The position numbers and the translations under genes are program-made. This document shows, one piece after another, positions 8,991-17,741 of a stretch of 32,000 nt of DNA. Numbering within the stretch: position 1 is the first letter of the stretch; each line of letters starts with the position of its first letter. The notes under the pieces are model-generated. The model saw nothing but the letters and a program-made list of their open reading frames with translations. It had not been told where the DNA came from and made no database searches. The stretch covers positions 240,001 through 272,000 of the forward strand of contig NC_013926.1 in NCBI RefSeq assembly GCF_000025665.1, given 5' to 3'. This stretch comes from Aciduliprofundum boonei T469 (lineage in GTDB: Archaea; Thermoplasmatota; Thermoplasmata; Thermoplasmatales; Aciduliprofundaceae).

Positions 8991-10177
8991 GGAATCTTTT
9001 GGTTATCAGTGATAGATATCCTCATCAAGAAGATCCATATTCTGCATCTTTCGTTAAGAAATTAATTAAATATGAAAAAAAATACTTTGAAAATGTTTAT
9101 GTTATTTCTCTTAATCCTTGGCTCCCAAAATTCATAGCTAAGAGAATGAGTAATCCAAGATGGTATAAAGATGCTATTGCCAAAAATTATGAGTATGATA
9201 ACGTACATGTATATTTTGCAAAATACCTGACTGGGAAAGGTACTTTTTTTCTGAGAAAAAAAGATAGTTTCGCTTATCCGCTGGTTGATAAAATAATCAG
9301 AAAAAATGATATAAAATTTGATCTCATCCATGCCCATTTTGCACATCCTGCCGGAAGTGTTGCTGTAAAAATTGCAGAAAAATATGAAAAACCCTTGGTA
9401 GTTACTGCCCACGCTCATGAAATTAGAGAGTATCCATTTATAGATGAAAAGCTGGAAAATAAGGTTCTATGGGTACTTCAAAGTGCCGATGCTATTATTA
9501 CAGTCTCTCAAGATAATGTTAAAAAAATGCGTGCATTTGGATTTAAAGGTAAAGTGCATGTTATTCCAAATGGATATGATCCTGAAGTTTTCAAACCTAT
9601 GCCAAAGGAAAAGATAAGAAAGGAGCTAAAACTTCCCACAAATAAAAAAATGATTGTTTCTGTAGGGAGATTAATCCCAAGAAAAGGATATATATACCTC
9701 ATAAATGCAGTAGATGTTCTTAGGAAGAAACGAGATGATTTTTTCACTATTGTTATTGGTGATGGTCCACTCAAAACAGATTTGAGGAACGAAGTTAAAA
9801 AAAGAGGATTAGAAAAGTATATAAAATTCATAGGAGAGATCCCTCTTGATGAGGATGTGGCTAGATATATAGCGGCTGCAGATGTGTTTGTACTTCCCAC
9901 ACTTGATGAGGGAAATCCTACCGTGATGTTTGAATCGCTGGGTTGTGGAGTGCCATTTATAGGCTCTAAAGTTGCAGGAATACCAGAGATAATAACTTCT
10001 GAGGACTATGGACTGTTGACCGAGCCAAAAAACACTGCCGATCTCGCCAAGAAACTTTCTATAGCACTGGATGAAGAGTGGGATAAAAGTAAAATTTTAG
10101 AGTATGCAAAACAATTCAGCTGGGAAAATATAAGCAAGGAAACAATAGAACTCTACTACTCTATTTTGAGTTCTTGA
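8987..10177 (+). CDS. GT4-like glycosyltransferase
   Basis: E-x7-E region PTLDEGNPTVMFESLGCGVPFIGS. ATG 8987 overlaps the radical SAM stop as ATGA (8987-8990); an alternative ATG lies at 8975. Confidence 0.85.
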   Translation: MRNLLVISDRYPHQEDPYSASFVKKLIKYEKKYFENVYVISLNPWLPKFIAKRMSNPRWYKDAIAKNYEYDNVHVYFAKYLTGKGTFFLRKKDSFAYPLVDKIIRKNDIKFDLIHAHFAHPAGSVAVKIAEKYEKPLVVTAHAHEIREYPFIDEKLENKVLWVLQSADAIITVSQDNVKKMRAFGFKGKVHVIPNGYDPEVFKPMPKEKIRKELKLPTNKKMIVSVGRLIPRKGYIYLINAVDVLRKKRDDFFTIVIGDGPLKTDLRNEVKKRGLEKYIKFIGEIPLDEDVARYIAAADVFVLPTLDEGNPTVMFESLGCGVPFIGSKVAGIPEIITSEDYGLLTEPKNTADLAKKLSIALDEEWDKSKILEYAKQFSWENISKETIELYYSILSS

Positions 10178-11046
10178 TATCCAAAAAGATTCATCTCCTT
10201 TCTAAGAACTATAGAAATTAAGCCAGAGACTATAGGTGGAACTGTTTTCTTCCATCTCCAAAGTGCGTTCTTATCTATCCCTCTTTTCTTTTTGGTTTGT
10301 GCATATGATGAGTCAATTACCGGAGGATTCACCATTTCTTCTACAAAGTTTATTCCTAGAAAATCACATATTTTTTTAAGAGTGTGGTTAGGATTAATAA
10401 TCAGATCTTCGTATCGAATTAATAAATAATTTGCATCACTCTTATGTTTTTTATGAAAACTAGCTGCACTCTTATATTGTTGAATTAAATATAAGAGTCT
10501 ATAATAATATATAATTGCTTTTTTGAAATTTCCTTTATTTTTCATTTTTTTCACATCTTTTTTTACCATAGAGGCATAAATAGCTCGAGGGTCCCTTACT
10601 AGATGTAGTATTTTTGCTTCTGGAAACCAGTTAACAAGTTTCTCTGCATAGGTAATGTTGACAGGAAATTTTGCTCCCGCTATTTCTTTGTTAAGAGATA
10701 AAGATTTTGATAAAATTAAGCTTTTTAAAATACATTTATCTGTAAGCACAGAACAGCCCCTAAGCAATTTCTCTAAAACTTTTCTATCAATCTCTGGCAA
10801 TTCATCTTTCCAAAAATTTCCGTACATTTTTCCAGAATAAAAAAGTTTCAAAAGTTTATTTACATCAAGAGAATGATGTTTTTTAATACTATCTACATGC
10901 GATTTTACATCTTTTTTAAAAGTCCACCAAGGAAGAATATAATGAATTTCATCACATATATAGAGTGGGGACCATTCATTAAGTATGTATCTTATCAACT
11001 GAGATCCTGTTCTTGCTACGCCTACAATAAACGCTAACCTCTTCAT
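10156..11046 (-). CDS. PAPS-dependent sulfotransferase family protein
   Basis: 5'-PSB-like loop FIVGVARTGSQL near the N-terminus and 3'-PB-like HLVRDPRAIYASM. The probable start is ATG 11046 (MKRLAFIVG); the ORF track extends to 11085. Confidence 0.75.
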   Translation of the reverse strand: MKRLAFIVGVARTGSQLIRYILNEWSPLYICDEIHYILPWWTFKKDVKSHVDSIKKHHSLDVNKLLKLFYSGKMYGNFWKDELPEIDRKVLEKLLRGCSVLTDKCILKSLILSKSLSLNKEIAGAKFPVNITYAEKLVNWFPEAKILHLVRDPRAIYASMVKKDVKKMKNKGNFKKAIIYYYRLLYLIQQYKSAASFHKKHKSDANYLLIRYEDLIINPNHTLKKICDFLGINFVEEMVNPPVIDSSYAQTKKKRGIDKNALWRWKKTVPPIVSGLISIVLRKEMNLFGYQELKIE

Positions 11047-11174
11047 ACAATAGATTATTTTAAAATAATGTTTAAAGGTTTTCATTTATAATACCTAAAT
11101 CTTTGGCATTATATGCAAAAAGAAATGATATAAATAAAAGAATTTTACGAACTTGGCAACCTTCTAAATTATCT

Positions 11175-11182
11175 TCGATATA
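11175..11182. repeat. Left copy of the 8-bp target-site duplication TCGATATA
   Basis: Identical octamer directly abutting both ends of the IS (11175-11182 and 12135-12142). Confidence 0.75.
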
Positions 11183-12134
11183 GGGCAAGTTGAATTCCTC
11201 GAAAAACATGAAAAAAGGAGAATAAAAATAAGAAAGAATTAGACATAGAGATCATAGGCAAGAACTTTAAATAGGAGGAGTTTAGAAGCAACAGAGAAAG
11301 AATAGGCGAATATGTAATCGCCAACAATTCTTTTGAATGAGTGAAAAACAGATTGTGGGTTTAGAAAGGGGGCTCTGCCCCCTTCTTGCGAATACTTCTT
11401 TTTCCACTCTGACGATTTGCTCTTTTCTAACAACCTCCTTCGCAATCCTCTTCTTGCTTTATTACGGATTGCGATGTATGGAGTTCCTCCTTGCTCTATT
11501 ACAAATCGTATGTTGCGTAGAGAATCATAGCCCTTATCTGCATACACTTCTTTTACTCTCTCTTTCTCCAAAAGAGGGATGAGATACGGAGAATCATTAG
11601 CGTGCCATTTTGTAACTATTGCATTGGTAATGAGCTTTGAATCAATATCCACAGCAGCGTGCAATTTCAATCCTTCTCTTCTCGCTTTCCTTCCGATTCG
11701 CTGTGTGTAGTAATATGAACGATAATAAATTTGAATACCTGTAGAGTCTACAGCAAATTTACTTGGTATTCCTACTATCTTTACTACTTCCCTTAGCACA
11801 ACGCGAATCCATCGTCCCGGTATTCTTCTCAACTCTCTTGAAATTGTGCTTTTGTGTGGGATTTTCCTCAATTTCATTGCTCTCTTTATCTTTCTCATTT
11901 CTCGCACTATCTGGAACATTCTTTCTATGCTTCCTGCATACTCTGCCAGCACTATCAGCATAATGTGCTGGCGTATTGTATAATCTTTCCTAGAGTACTT
12001 GCTCCAGTAAAGTGGAATATTCGCTCTCTTTAGCGCTTTCAACCCTATCTTCACAATCTTGTATAACTCTAATTTCCTGCTCATCCTTTATTTATCTCTC
12101 CTATTTTATTTTTCTCTGGGGTTGCAACTTACCC
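11183..12134 (-). mobile_element. 952-bp insertion sequence, IS5-family-like (ISH1-group-like size and 8-bp duplication)
   Basis: Imperfect terminal inverted repeats: GGGCAAGTTGAATTCC (left) against the reverse complement of the right end, GGGTAAGTTGCAACCCC. There is a single transposase ORF, and TCGATATA is duplicated on both flanks. Confidence 0.8.
11239..12084 (-). CDS. DDE transposase (IS4/IS5 superfamily)
   Basis: VDSTGIQ and YADKGYDS are candidate DD motifs. The C-terminal FHSFKRIVGDY...KVLAYDL resembles the conserved IS5-type tail. Confidence 0.8.
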   Translation of the reverse strand: MSRKLELYKIVKIGLKALKRANIPLYWSKYSRKDYTIRQHIMLIVLAEYAGSIERMFQIVREMRKIKRAMKLRKIPHKSTISRELRRIPGRWIRVVLREVVKIVGIPSKFAVDSTGIQIYYRSYYYTQRIGRKARREGLKLHAAVDIDSKLITNAIVTKWHANDSPYLIPLLEKERVKEVYADKGYDSLRNIRFVIEQGGTPYIAIRNKARRGLRRRLLEKSKSSEWKKKYSQEGGRAPFLNPQSVFHSFKRIVGDYIFAYSFSVASKLLLFKVLAYDLYV

Positions 12135-12142
12135 TCGATATA
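12135..12142. repeat. Right copy of the 8-bp target-site duplication TCGATATA
   Basis: See the left copy; it immediately follows the right IS terminus ...CAACTTACCC. Confidence 0.75.
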
Positions 12143-12181
12143 AAAAGATTAAAATAAAGGTTTGAATTATAAGAATCTACA

Positions 12182-14038
12182 ATGACTCTCAGTAAAAATG
12201 AAAAATGGTTTATATGCTTACTTATACTTTACATAATTATATATGGTGCCATATTTTTCTCTAAATACTTTTTATGGGGAAGCGATATTTTAAACATAAT
12301 AAGTAAATCCCAACATATAAATTTTAAATCATTGTATGATAAAGATGGCTTTCCTTTAGGACTGCCCATATTGTTACAATTAGAGACAAAGTTAAGTGGA
12401 TATAATATTTATTCAGTTGCAAGACTTCATACCCTAATTATTTTTGTAATTATTATTTTTTTAACATATATAACCTCACTCAAATTAATTAGAAGCCATA
12501 AAGCGGCGATATTATCTTCATTTATTGTAGTTAGTGTATATCCTAGCGCACTTTTAATGTCTATACAATTTGGACAGGAGGTGAATTTAGCTATAATTTT
12601 ATTCTTTTCCTTATTATTAAGTTTAACTATAATGGAAAAAATAAAAAATAAAAAATTTGGATTTATCTCTATTTTCTTTATTCTATCTATTTTTATAGTA
12701 CATCGTTCTTCATCTATTATCCTGGTTTCTATTATAATTTTTTATATGTTAACGTTATTCATATCATCTAAAAAAAGTAAAAGCAAAAAAAATTTTGCTC
12801 GTCAATCAATATCCATAGGAATTTCCATAGTTATATTGATATTTTTATTCAGTTTTTTAATTTATTTGTTTCCATTCATCGAGTTCAAAGCTATCATATC
12901 TAAACTTATCAGATTAGATACTATTTATTATGCAAATTCCCCAATATCTATTACCCGCGGATACTTTATGAATTATGTTGGATGGGAGACAATCCCCTCA
13001 TTTGCTGTTTCTTTACTACTATTAATTAATAAAATAAAATATCTAAAAATTTTTCCTAAGATATATTTAAGCTCATTATTTGTAATACTCGTATTTGTAT
13101 CACTTTATATTATGGGTATTTCAATTATAGTCCCAACTATAATGTGGCGAGCTGCAGATTATTCTCTTTTTTTCATTGCTATATCTGTATCTTTTGTATT
13201 GATACGTCTTTATAAGATATTAGATAAAAATAAGCTCTCTTTATATTACCTTTATGGATTAGCATCTATATCTTTATTATTTTATCCTTTAGATCCACCT
13301 ATACAAAGATATATACAAAGAGCAGTATCTGGAACATTACCCACAAGGGTAACATTCCCAATAATTAGTAATGGATATATATTATATATAATATATGGCT
13401 TTATATTGATAGTTATTCTTTTGCTGGGTATAATGTTAATTATACATAAAAGGTCTTTTAATAAAAAAAAGATTTTTAGTGAAAAGTTTATATTCTTTAT
13501 TATACTATTCATTTTATTGGCCCCTAGAATTGCTATGGGTATTACAGGGTTTTATATTAGACCGCCAGATATAACATATCAACAATATACTGCTTTTGTT
13601 TATATAAAGGCAAATTATCCTAATGAAAAACTCATTTCAGATCCTTCAACTCTTGGTTGGGCCGTATTATTTGGGTTACACACTCAATTTCTCATAGGCT
13701 CTCACGTATATACGGATACCTTTCCCCCTTATGGACCCATCCCTGGTGGAGGCTACAGAGTTAGTAATATTGCCATTTTCTTGGATACATTATTTAAAAA
13801 CAAAGACATAGATTCATTATATAAATTTATGAAGAATAGTAACAACTCTCTTTTAATAATTAATGTTTATGGTGGAAAACTTGTAAATATGAACATAAAT
13901 CCACCTTGTGGAGGGTATAGTAATATGCCACAAATATTAATAGATTTTAAAAACGCTCTAGAAAAAAGTGGAAAATTTCAGTTAATATACTCTCAAAATT
14001 ATGGGGATGAGATATATGTATATAAAATAGTTGGATAA
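12182..14038 (+). CDS. 618-aa polytopic membrane protein with a C-terminal soluble domain; possible GT-C-type glycosyltransferase or glycan polymerase
   Basis: There are more than 10 hydrophobic helices across residues 1-450, then a ~170-aa non-hydrophobic tail. The gene sits in a glycan cluster. I saw no WWDYG oligosaccharyltransferase motif, so the functional call is contextual only. Confidence 0.6.
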   Translation: MTLSKNEKWFICLLILYIIIYGAIFFSKYFLWGSDILNIISKSQHINFKSLYDKDGFPLGLPILLQLETKLSGYNIYSVARLHTLIIFVIIIFLTYITSLKLIRSHKAAILSSFIVVSVYPSALLMSIQFGQEVNLAIILFFSLLLSLTIMEKIKNKKFGFISIFFILSIFIVHRSSSIILVSIIIFYMLTLFISSKKSKSKKNFARQSISIGISIVILIFLFSFLIYLFPFIEFKAIISKLIRLDTIYYANSPISITRGYFMNYVGWETIPSFAVSLLLLINKIKYLKIFPKIYLSSLFVILVFVSLYIMGISIIVPTIMWRAADYSLFFIAISVSFVLIRLYKILDKNKLSLYYLYGLASISLLFYPLDPPIQRYIQRAVSGTLPTRVTFPIISNGYILYIIYGFILIVILLLGIMLIIHKRSFNKKKIFSEKFIFFIILFILLAPRIAMGITGFYIRPPDITYQQYTAFVYIKANYPNEKLISDPSTLGWAVLFGLHTQFLIGSHVYTDTFPPYGPIPGGGYRVSNIAIFLDTLFKNKDIDSLYKFMKNSNNSLLIINVYGGKLVNMNINPPCGGYSNMPQILIDFKNALEKSGKFQLIYSQNYGDEIYVYKIVG

Positions 14039-14091
14039 TCAATAAGATTAAAATAAATGAAGGATATAAATATCTCTGTGGAGGTGCACCT

Positions 14092-15264
14092 TTGAAAATT
14101 ATGATCATTGGAAAATATCCTACAAATGAAAGAATCGTGAAAGGGGGGATCGAATCTGCTGTGTATGGATTAGTACATGCACTCAAGAAAAGATATAAAA
14201 ATAAAATTGAAATCTCTCTAATCTCTCCTAACAGTGAAAAAGATTTTTATAAAAAGGAGAATGATATAGAAGTTAAATATATATCAAATCCATATAGATG
14301 GCAACTTTTGTATGCATTCAGACTAAAGGATATTCTAGGAGTGTTGAAAAATAGAGAGTTTACAATAGTACATTTACACGGTAGCAGCTTACTCAATTTA
14401 TTTACTATTTTATATCTCCTGATTAAGGGAATCCCCTTTGTGGTGACTATTCATGGCATTGTCAGTATCGAACATAAGAATAGATTTGTGTTAAATAAAA
14501 ACCTAAAAAATTTTATAAAATTTATTATTCATTCCTTTGTAGAATATACAATTTTAATTTTATCAAAATTCATAATTGTAGATACAGAATATGTAAAGAA
14601 AAAGCTCCCTTTTACTAATCATAAAAAAGTATTTGTAGTGCCCCAAGGAATAAATGAAATATTTTTCAATATTGAAGATCAACCAATCTTTGGAGATATT
14701 TTATCTGTAGGAGTTATTTCTCCTCGTAAGGGATATGAATATTCTATCCAAGCAATAGCAAAATTAAAAAATAGATTTCCAGAGATCCATTATGAGATTA
14801 TAGGAGCTATGAATAGTCTAGAGCAAAAAGAATATTATAAAAAATTAAGAGCTCTAATAAAGAAATTTAAACTGGAAAACACTGTGTTTATCTATCCAAA
14901 TAAATCTAAAAACTTTTTAATAGAACATTTGAAAAAAGCATATATATTCATACTTCACTCGCAGGAAGAGTCCCAAGGGATTGCATTTTGTGAAGCTATG
15001 GCTGCAGGCAAACCAATAGTGGCTACTAATGTGGGAGGTGTTCCATACGTTGTGAAAAATGAGGTGACAGGATTTTTAAGTGATTATGGTGATGTAAAAT
15101 CTTTTATAGAAAATATAACCAAATTATTAGAGGATCCACAACTACGAAATTATATGAGTAAAAACTGTAGAATTGAGGCAAAAAAATATGATTGGAATAA
15201 GATATCCACTGATATTATAAGGATATATGAGGATTTAGTAAAGAAGAGAAGCTTTCATAAGTAA
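14092..15264 (+). CDS. GT4-like glycosyltransferase
   Basis: GGIESAVYGL near the N-terminus and the E-x7-E region HSQEESQGIAFCEAMAAGKPIVATNVGG. GGAGGTG (14080-14086) lies 5 nt upstream of TTG 14092; an alternative ATG is at 14101. Confidence 0.85.
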   Translation: MKIMIIGKYPTNERIVKGGIESAVYGLVHALKKRYKNKIEISLISPNSEKDFYKKENDIEVKYISNPYRWQLLYAFRLKDILGVLKNREFTIVHLHGSSLLNLFTILYLLIKGIPFVVTIHGIVSIEHKNRFVLNKNLKNFIKFIIHSFVEYTILILSKFIIVDTEYVKKKLPFTNHKKVFVVPQGINEIFFNIEDQPIFGDILSVGVISPRKGYEYSIQAIAKLKNRFPEIHYEIIGAMNSLEQKEYYKKLRALIKKFKLENTVFIYPNKSKNFLIEHLKKAYIFILHSQEESQGIAFCEAMAAGKPIVATNVGGVPYVVKNEVTGFLSDYGDVKSFIENITKLLEDPQLRNYMSKNCRIEAKKYDWNKISTDIIRIYEDLVKKRSFHK

Positions 15265-15310
15265 AATATTGTTACCTTAAGGATAGTAGGGTTTAGGATA
15301 TCTTCCTAAA

Positions 15311-15317
15311 TTTTTTT
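15311..15317 (+). terminator. Oligo-T run downstream of the + strand GT4 gene
   Basis: T7 run 47 nt after the stop at 15264, in the 55-nt gap between convergent genes. Archaeal termination commonly uses T-runs. Confidence 0.3.
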
Positions 15318-15319
15318 CG

Positions 15320-16354
15320 TTAAAAGATCAAACCTGAAAAAATACCATGTATATAAACAAAAAATCTTTTTATCGAATGATATTTCACAATAGATGACAA
15401 CGCAAATTTAATAATTTCATAAATAAGATATAAGCACAATAAAAATAACTCTTTATTCTTTGCATACTGCTTACTCACAATTATTCTGTTTCTGTTATCA
15501 AAATAAAGTACAGTTAAGTTTATCTTTTTTGTAGAAACAGATACTTTATGCCAAATTTTTGTTCTTCCACACATGTATGCTTTATATCCAAATTTTTTCG
15601 CTCTAAATATAAATTCTGTTTCTTCCCAGTAAAGAAAGAAGAAATCATTTAACACTCCAACTTTTTTGAATACCTCTTTTTTTACCAACATTGCTGCACC
15701 ACTGAGTGAAGGGATTTCTTTTGTAGAAATATGAACTTTCGAAATATTAATCCCATTATTAAGATGTGTCGATTTTGCCTTAGAAAAAATAATCTCCGCT
15801 CCGGTATTATTTACTATCTCTGGCTTATCATAATAAAGCTGGATTGGACTTACAAATCCTATTTTTGTGTCTATTGAAAAGACTTTTACAAGTTCTTTTA
15901 AATTATTTTTCTCAACTACCACATCGTTATTCAAAATATAGATATATTCTGGGTTTAGGTAGTGTAACGCAAATTCTATACCAATATTATTTCCTCCTGC
16001 ATAACCATAATTCTGATGATTCTTAATCACAATCATTCTTTTATTTGGGTTTATTCTTTCATATTCCTTCAAATTAAAATAATTAAACCCGTTTTCATCT
16101 ATTTCAAATACACTGATTGGTTTGATAGTAGGATTATAATTAAAAAATTTGGATTTTACCGGAAGTCCCCCTTTTGCATATTTTTTAATTTTCTGAATTG
16201 AATCATCTGTGGATGCGTTATCAACAACAACCACATCATAGTTAGGATAATCCAATTGATATACTGACTCAAGACATTCTATAGTATCTCTCCATCCATT
16301 CCAATTTAAAATTATTATAGAAACTTTAGGTTTTCTTAAACGTTTATTTGTCAT
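15320..16354 (-). CDS. GT2 (GT-A fold) glycosyltransferase, rhamnosyltransferase-like
   Basis: VSIIILNWNGWRDTIECLESV...VVVVDNASTDDS is the classic GT2 N-terminus. GGTG lies 7 nt upstream of the ATG. Confidence 0.85.
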   Translation of the reverse strand: MTNKRLRKPKVSIIILNWNGWRDTIECLESVYQLDYPNYDVVVVDNASTDDSIQKIKKYAKGGLPVKSKFFNYNPTIKPISVFEIDENGFNYFNLKEYERINPNKRMIVIKNHQNYGYAGGNNIGIEFALHYLNPEYIYILNNDVVVEKNNLKELVKVFSIDTKIGFVSPIQLYYDKPEIVNNTGAEIIFSKAKSTHLNNGINISKVHISTKEIPSLSGAAMLVKKEVFKKVGVLNDFFFLYWEETEFIFRAKKFGYKAYMCGRTKIWHKVSVSTKKINLTVLYFDNRNRIIVSKQYAKNKELFLLCLYLIYEIIKFALSSIVKYHSIKRFFVYIHGIFSGLIF

Positions 16355-16520
16355 ATTTCACACCTTTTTAATCACCCCTTATTAGTAAATTATATATGCC
16401 TACTTAACATTCAGATGGTATGTCACATTAGACTTTTCCATTTAGGTGGTATGTGTTTAATAACATATTTCAACTACAATACTTCGCAAGGTAAAAATTT
16501 TTCTGCTAATAGGAAATATT

Positions 16521-17741
16521 TCATTTAATCTTTTCCGTAATTACCTTTTTAAATAATCTTTCCAATTTATCCACACTTTTTTCCCAAGTTAGTTGTCTTA
16601 CATATTTATATCCATTCTCTGCAATTCTTTTAGCAATGCTCCAATTATCAAGCAAATAACTTAATCCTTCCTCGATTTTTTGAGGACTTCTGGGAGGGAC
16701 AACAATTGCAGTTTGCTCAGGAATTACGTAATCGGGTACTGCACCTACGTTAGTAGTAACCACGGAGCATTTACAAGCCATAGCCTCTAAAGGCGGCAAA
16801 TAAAATCCTTCGACCCAACTTGGGGCTACAAAAATATGAGCTTTGCAATATAATTCCCTCAATTTCTCATCGTTAGGTCTCTCAAAAAATTTAATCCATT
16901 GAGGTAAATGAGATGATTTTGGTCCATACAGCCATATTTCTACCTTATGGCCATATCTTTTATGTATATTATTAAGAGCATAAATGCCATCCTCATCGCC
17001 TTTCCACCTAATTCCACGATATGGCATTAAAATAATTTTTTTCTCAGAATTCCAATTTTTTTCATTTTTACTACAATAAAATATATCAAAATTAATACCA
17101 TTCGGTATAACATCATAAACTTTCTGTTTAAAACGTTGCTCTAAAAGATTTTTAAGCCATAAAGATATGGTTATTTTCTTCAATGGTAGAACGTAGCTAT
17201 AATCCACCATAGCTTTAAATTTTTTAATATACGGTTTCTCTGGGGAAACATATGTCATTGCAAGAGGGAGCCTTATACCATCTTTCTCAATTTTTATAGC
17301 TTTTTCCCAGCAGCTCAAGTTGCTCCAAAGATCCCATATTTCATAGTGCTGAACAAAATAAAATTTCTCCCCTTTTTCTTTTGGTAAATTGTTAACAAAA
17401 TATGCAGTTTCCCAAGAGGTGGCTATTATAATGTCAGAGTCGGGAACTCTACTTTTAAGTATATTCACATATCTTGGGTTTATGGTAGGTATTCTTATTA
17501 TATTTATATTAGATTTTAAGTTAAACCACCCAATTTTATTACTTTTTTTCAGATTAACTAATGCACCTATAATTTTATTCTGAATTGCCTTTGCTTTTGA
17601 TTTTGAAATGAATATGGGGGGAACTATAGGATAAACTACATAAACCTCATGTTTTCTTTCGGATAAACGATTAGCATATTCCAGAATGACCCTTACTCCT
17701 CCCGAAATTCCAACATTTGGTAGAATAAATGTGATTATTAT
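16521..17741 (-). CDS. GT4-like glycosyltransferase whose full-length frame has no canonical start codon
   Basis: The frame is open from 17741. It reads IIITFILPNVGISGGVRVILEYANRLSERKHEVYVVYP (a typical GT4 N-terminus) upstream of the ORF-track GTG at 17468. The E-x7-E region is PSWVEGFYLPPLEAM. There is no ATG, GTG or TTG in frame between 17741 and 17468. Confidence 0.75.
   Translation of the reverse strand: MIITFILPNVGISGGVRVILEYANRLSERKHEVYVVYPIVPPIFISKSKAKAIQNKIIGALVNLKKSNKIGWFNLKSNINIIRIPTINPRYVNILKSRVPDSDIIIATSWETAYFVNNLPKEKGEKFYFVQHYEIWDLWSNLSCWEKAIKIEKDGIRLPLAMTYVSPEKPYIKKFKAMVDYSYVLPLKKITISLWLKNLLEQRFKQKVYDVIPNGINFDIFYCSKNEKNWNSEKKIILMPYRGIRWKGDEDGIYALNNIHKRYGHKVEIWLYGPKSSHLPQWIKFFERPNDEKLRELYCKAHIFVAPSWVEGFYLPPLEAMACKCSVVTTNVGAVPDYVIPEQTAIVVPPRSPQKIEEGLSYLLDNWSIAKRIAENGYKYVRQLTWEKSVDKLERLFKKVITEKIK

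Noticed and set aside
9062-9900. Two antisense ORFs (118 aa and 130 aa) opposite the GT4 gene, and similar 60-100-aa antisense ORFs opposite most other genes (for example 484-678, 1475-1678, 2785-2982, 3145-3373, 4859-5140, 15844-16201, 21970-22194, 31601-31993)
   Set aside because: These are shadow ORFs. Each is fully contained in a gene with clear family motifs on the other strand, and their translations are low-complexity (S/F/I/L-rich).
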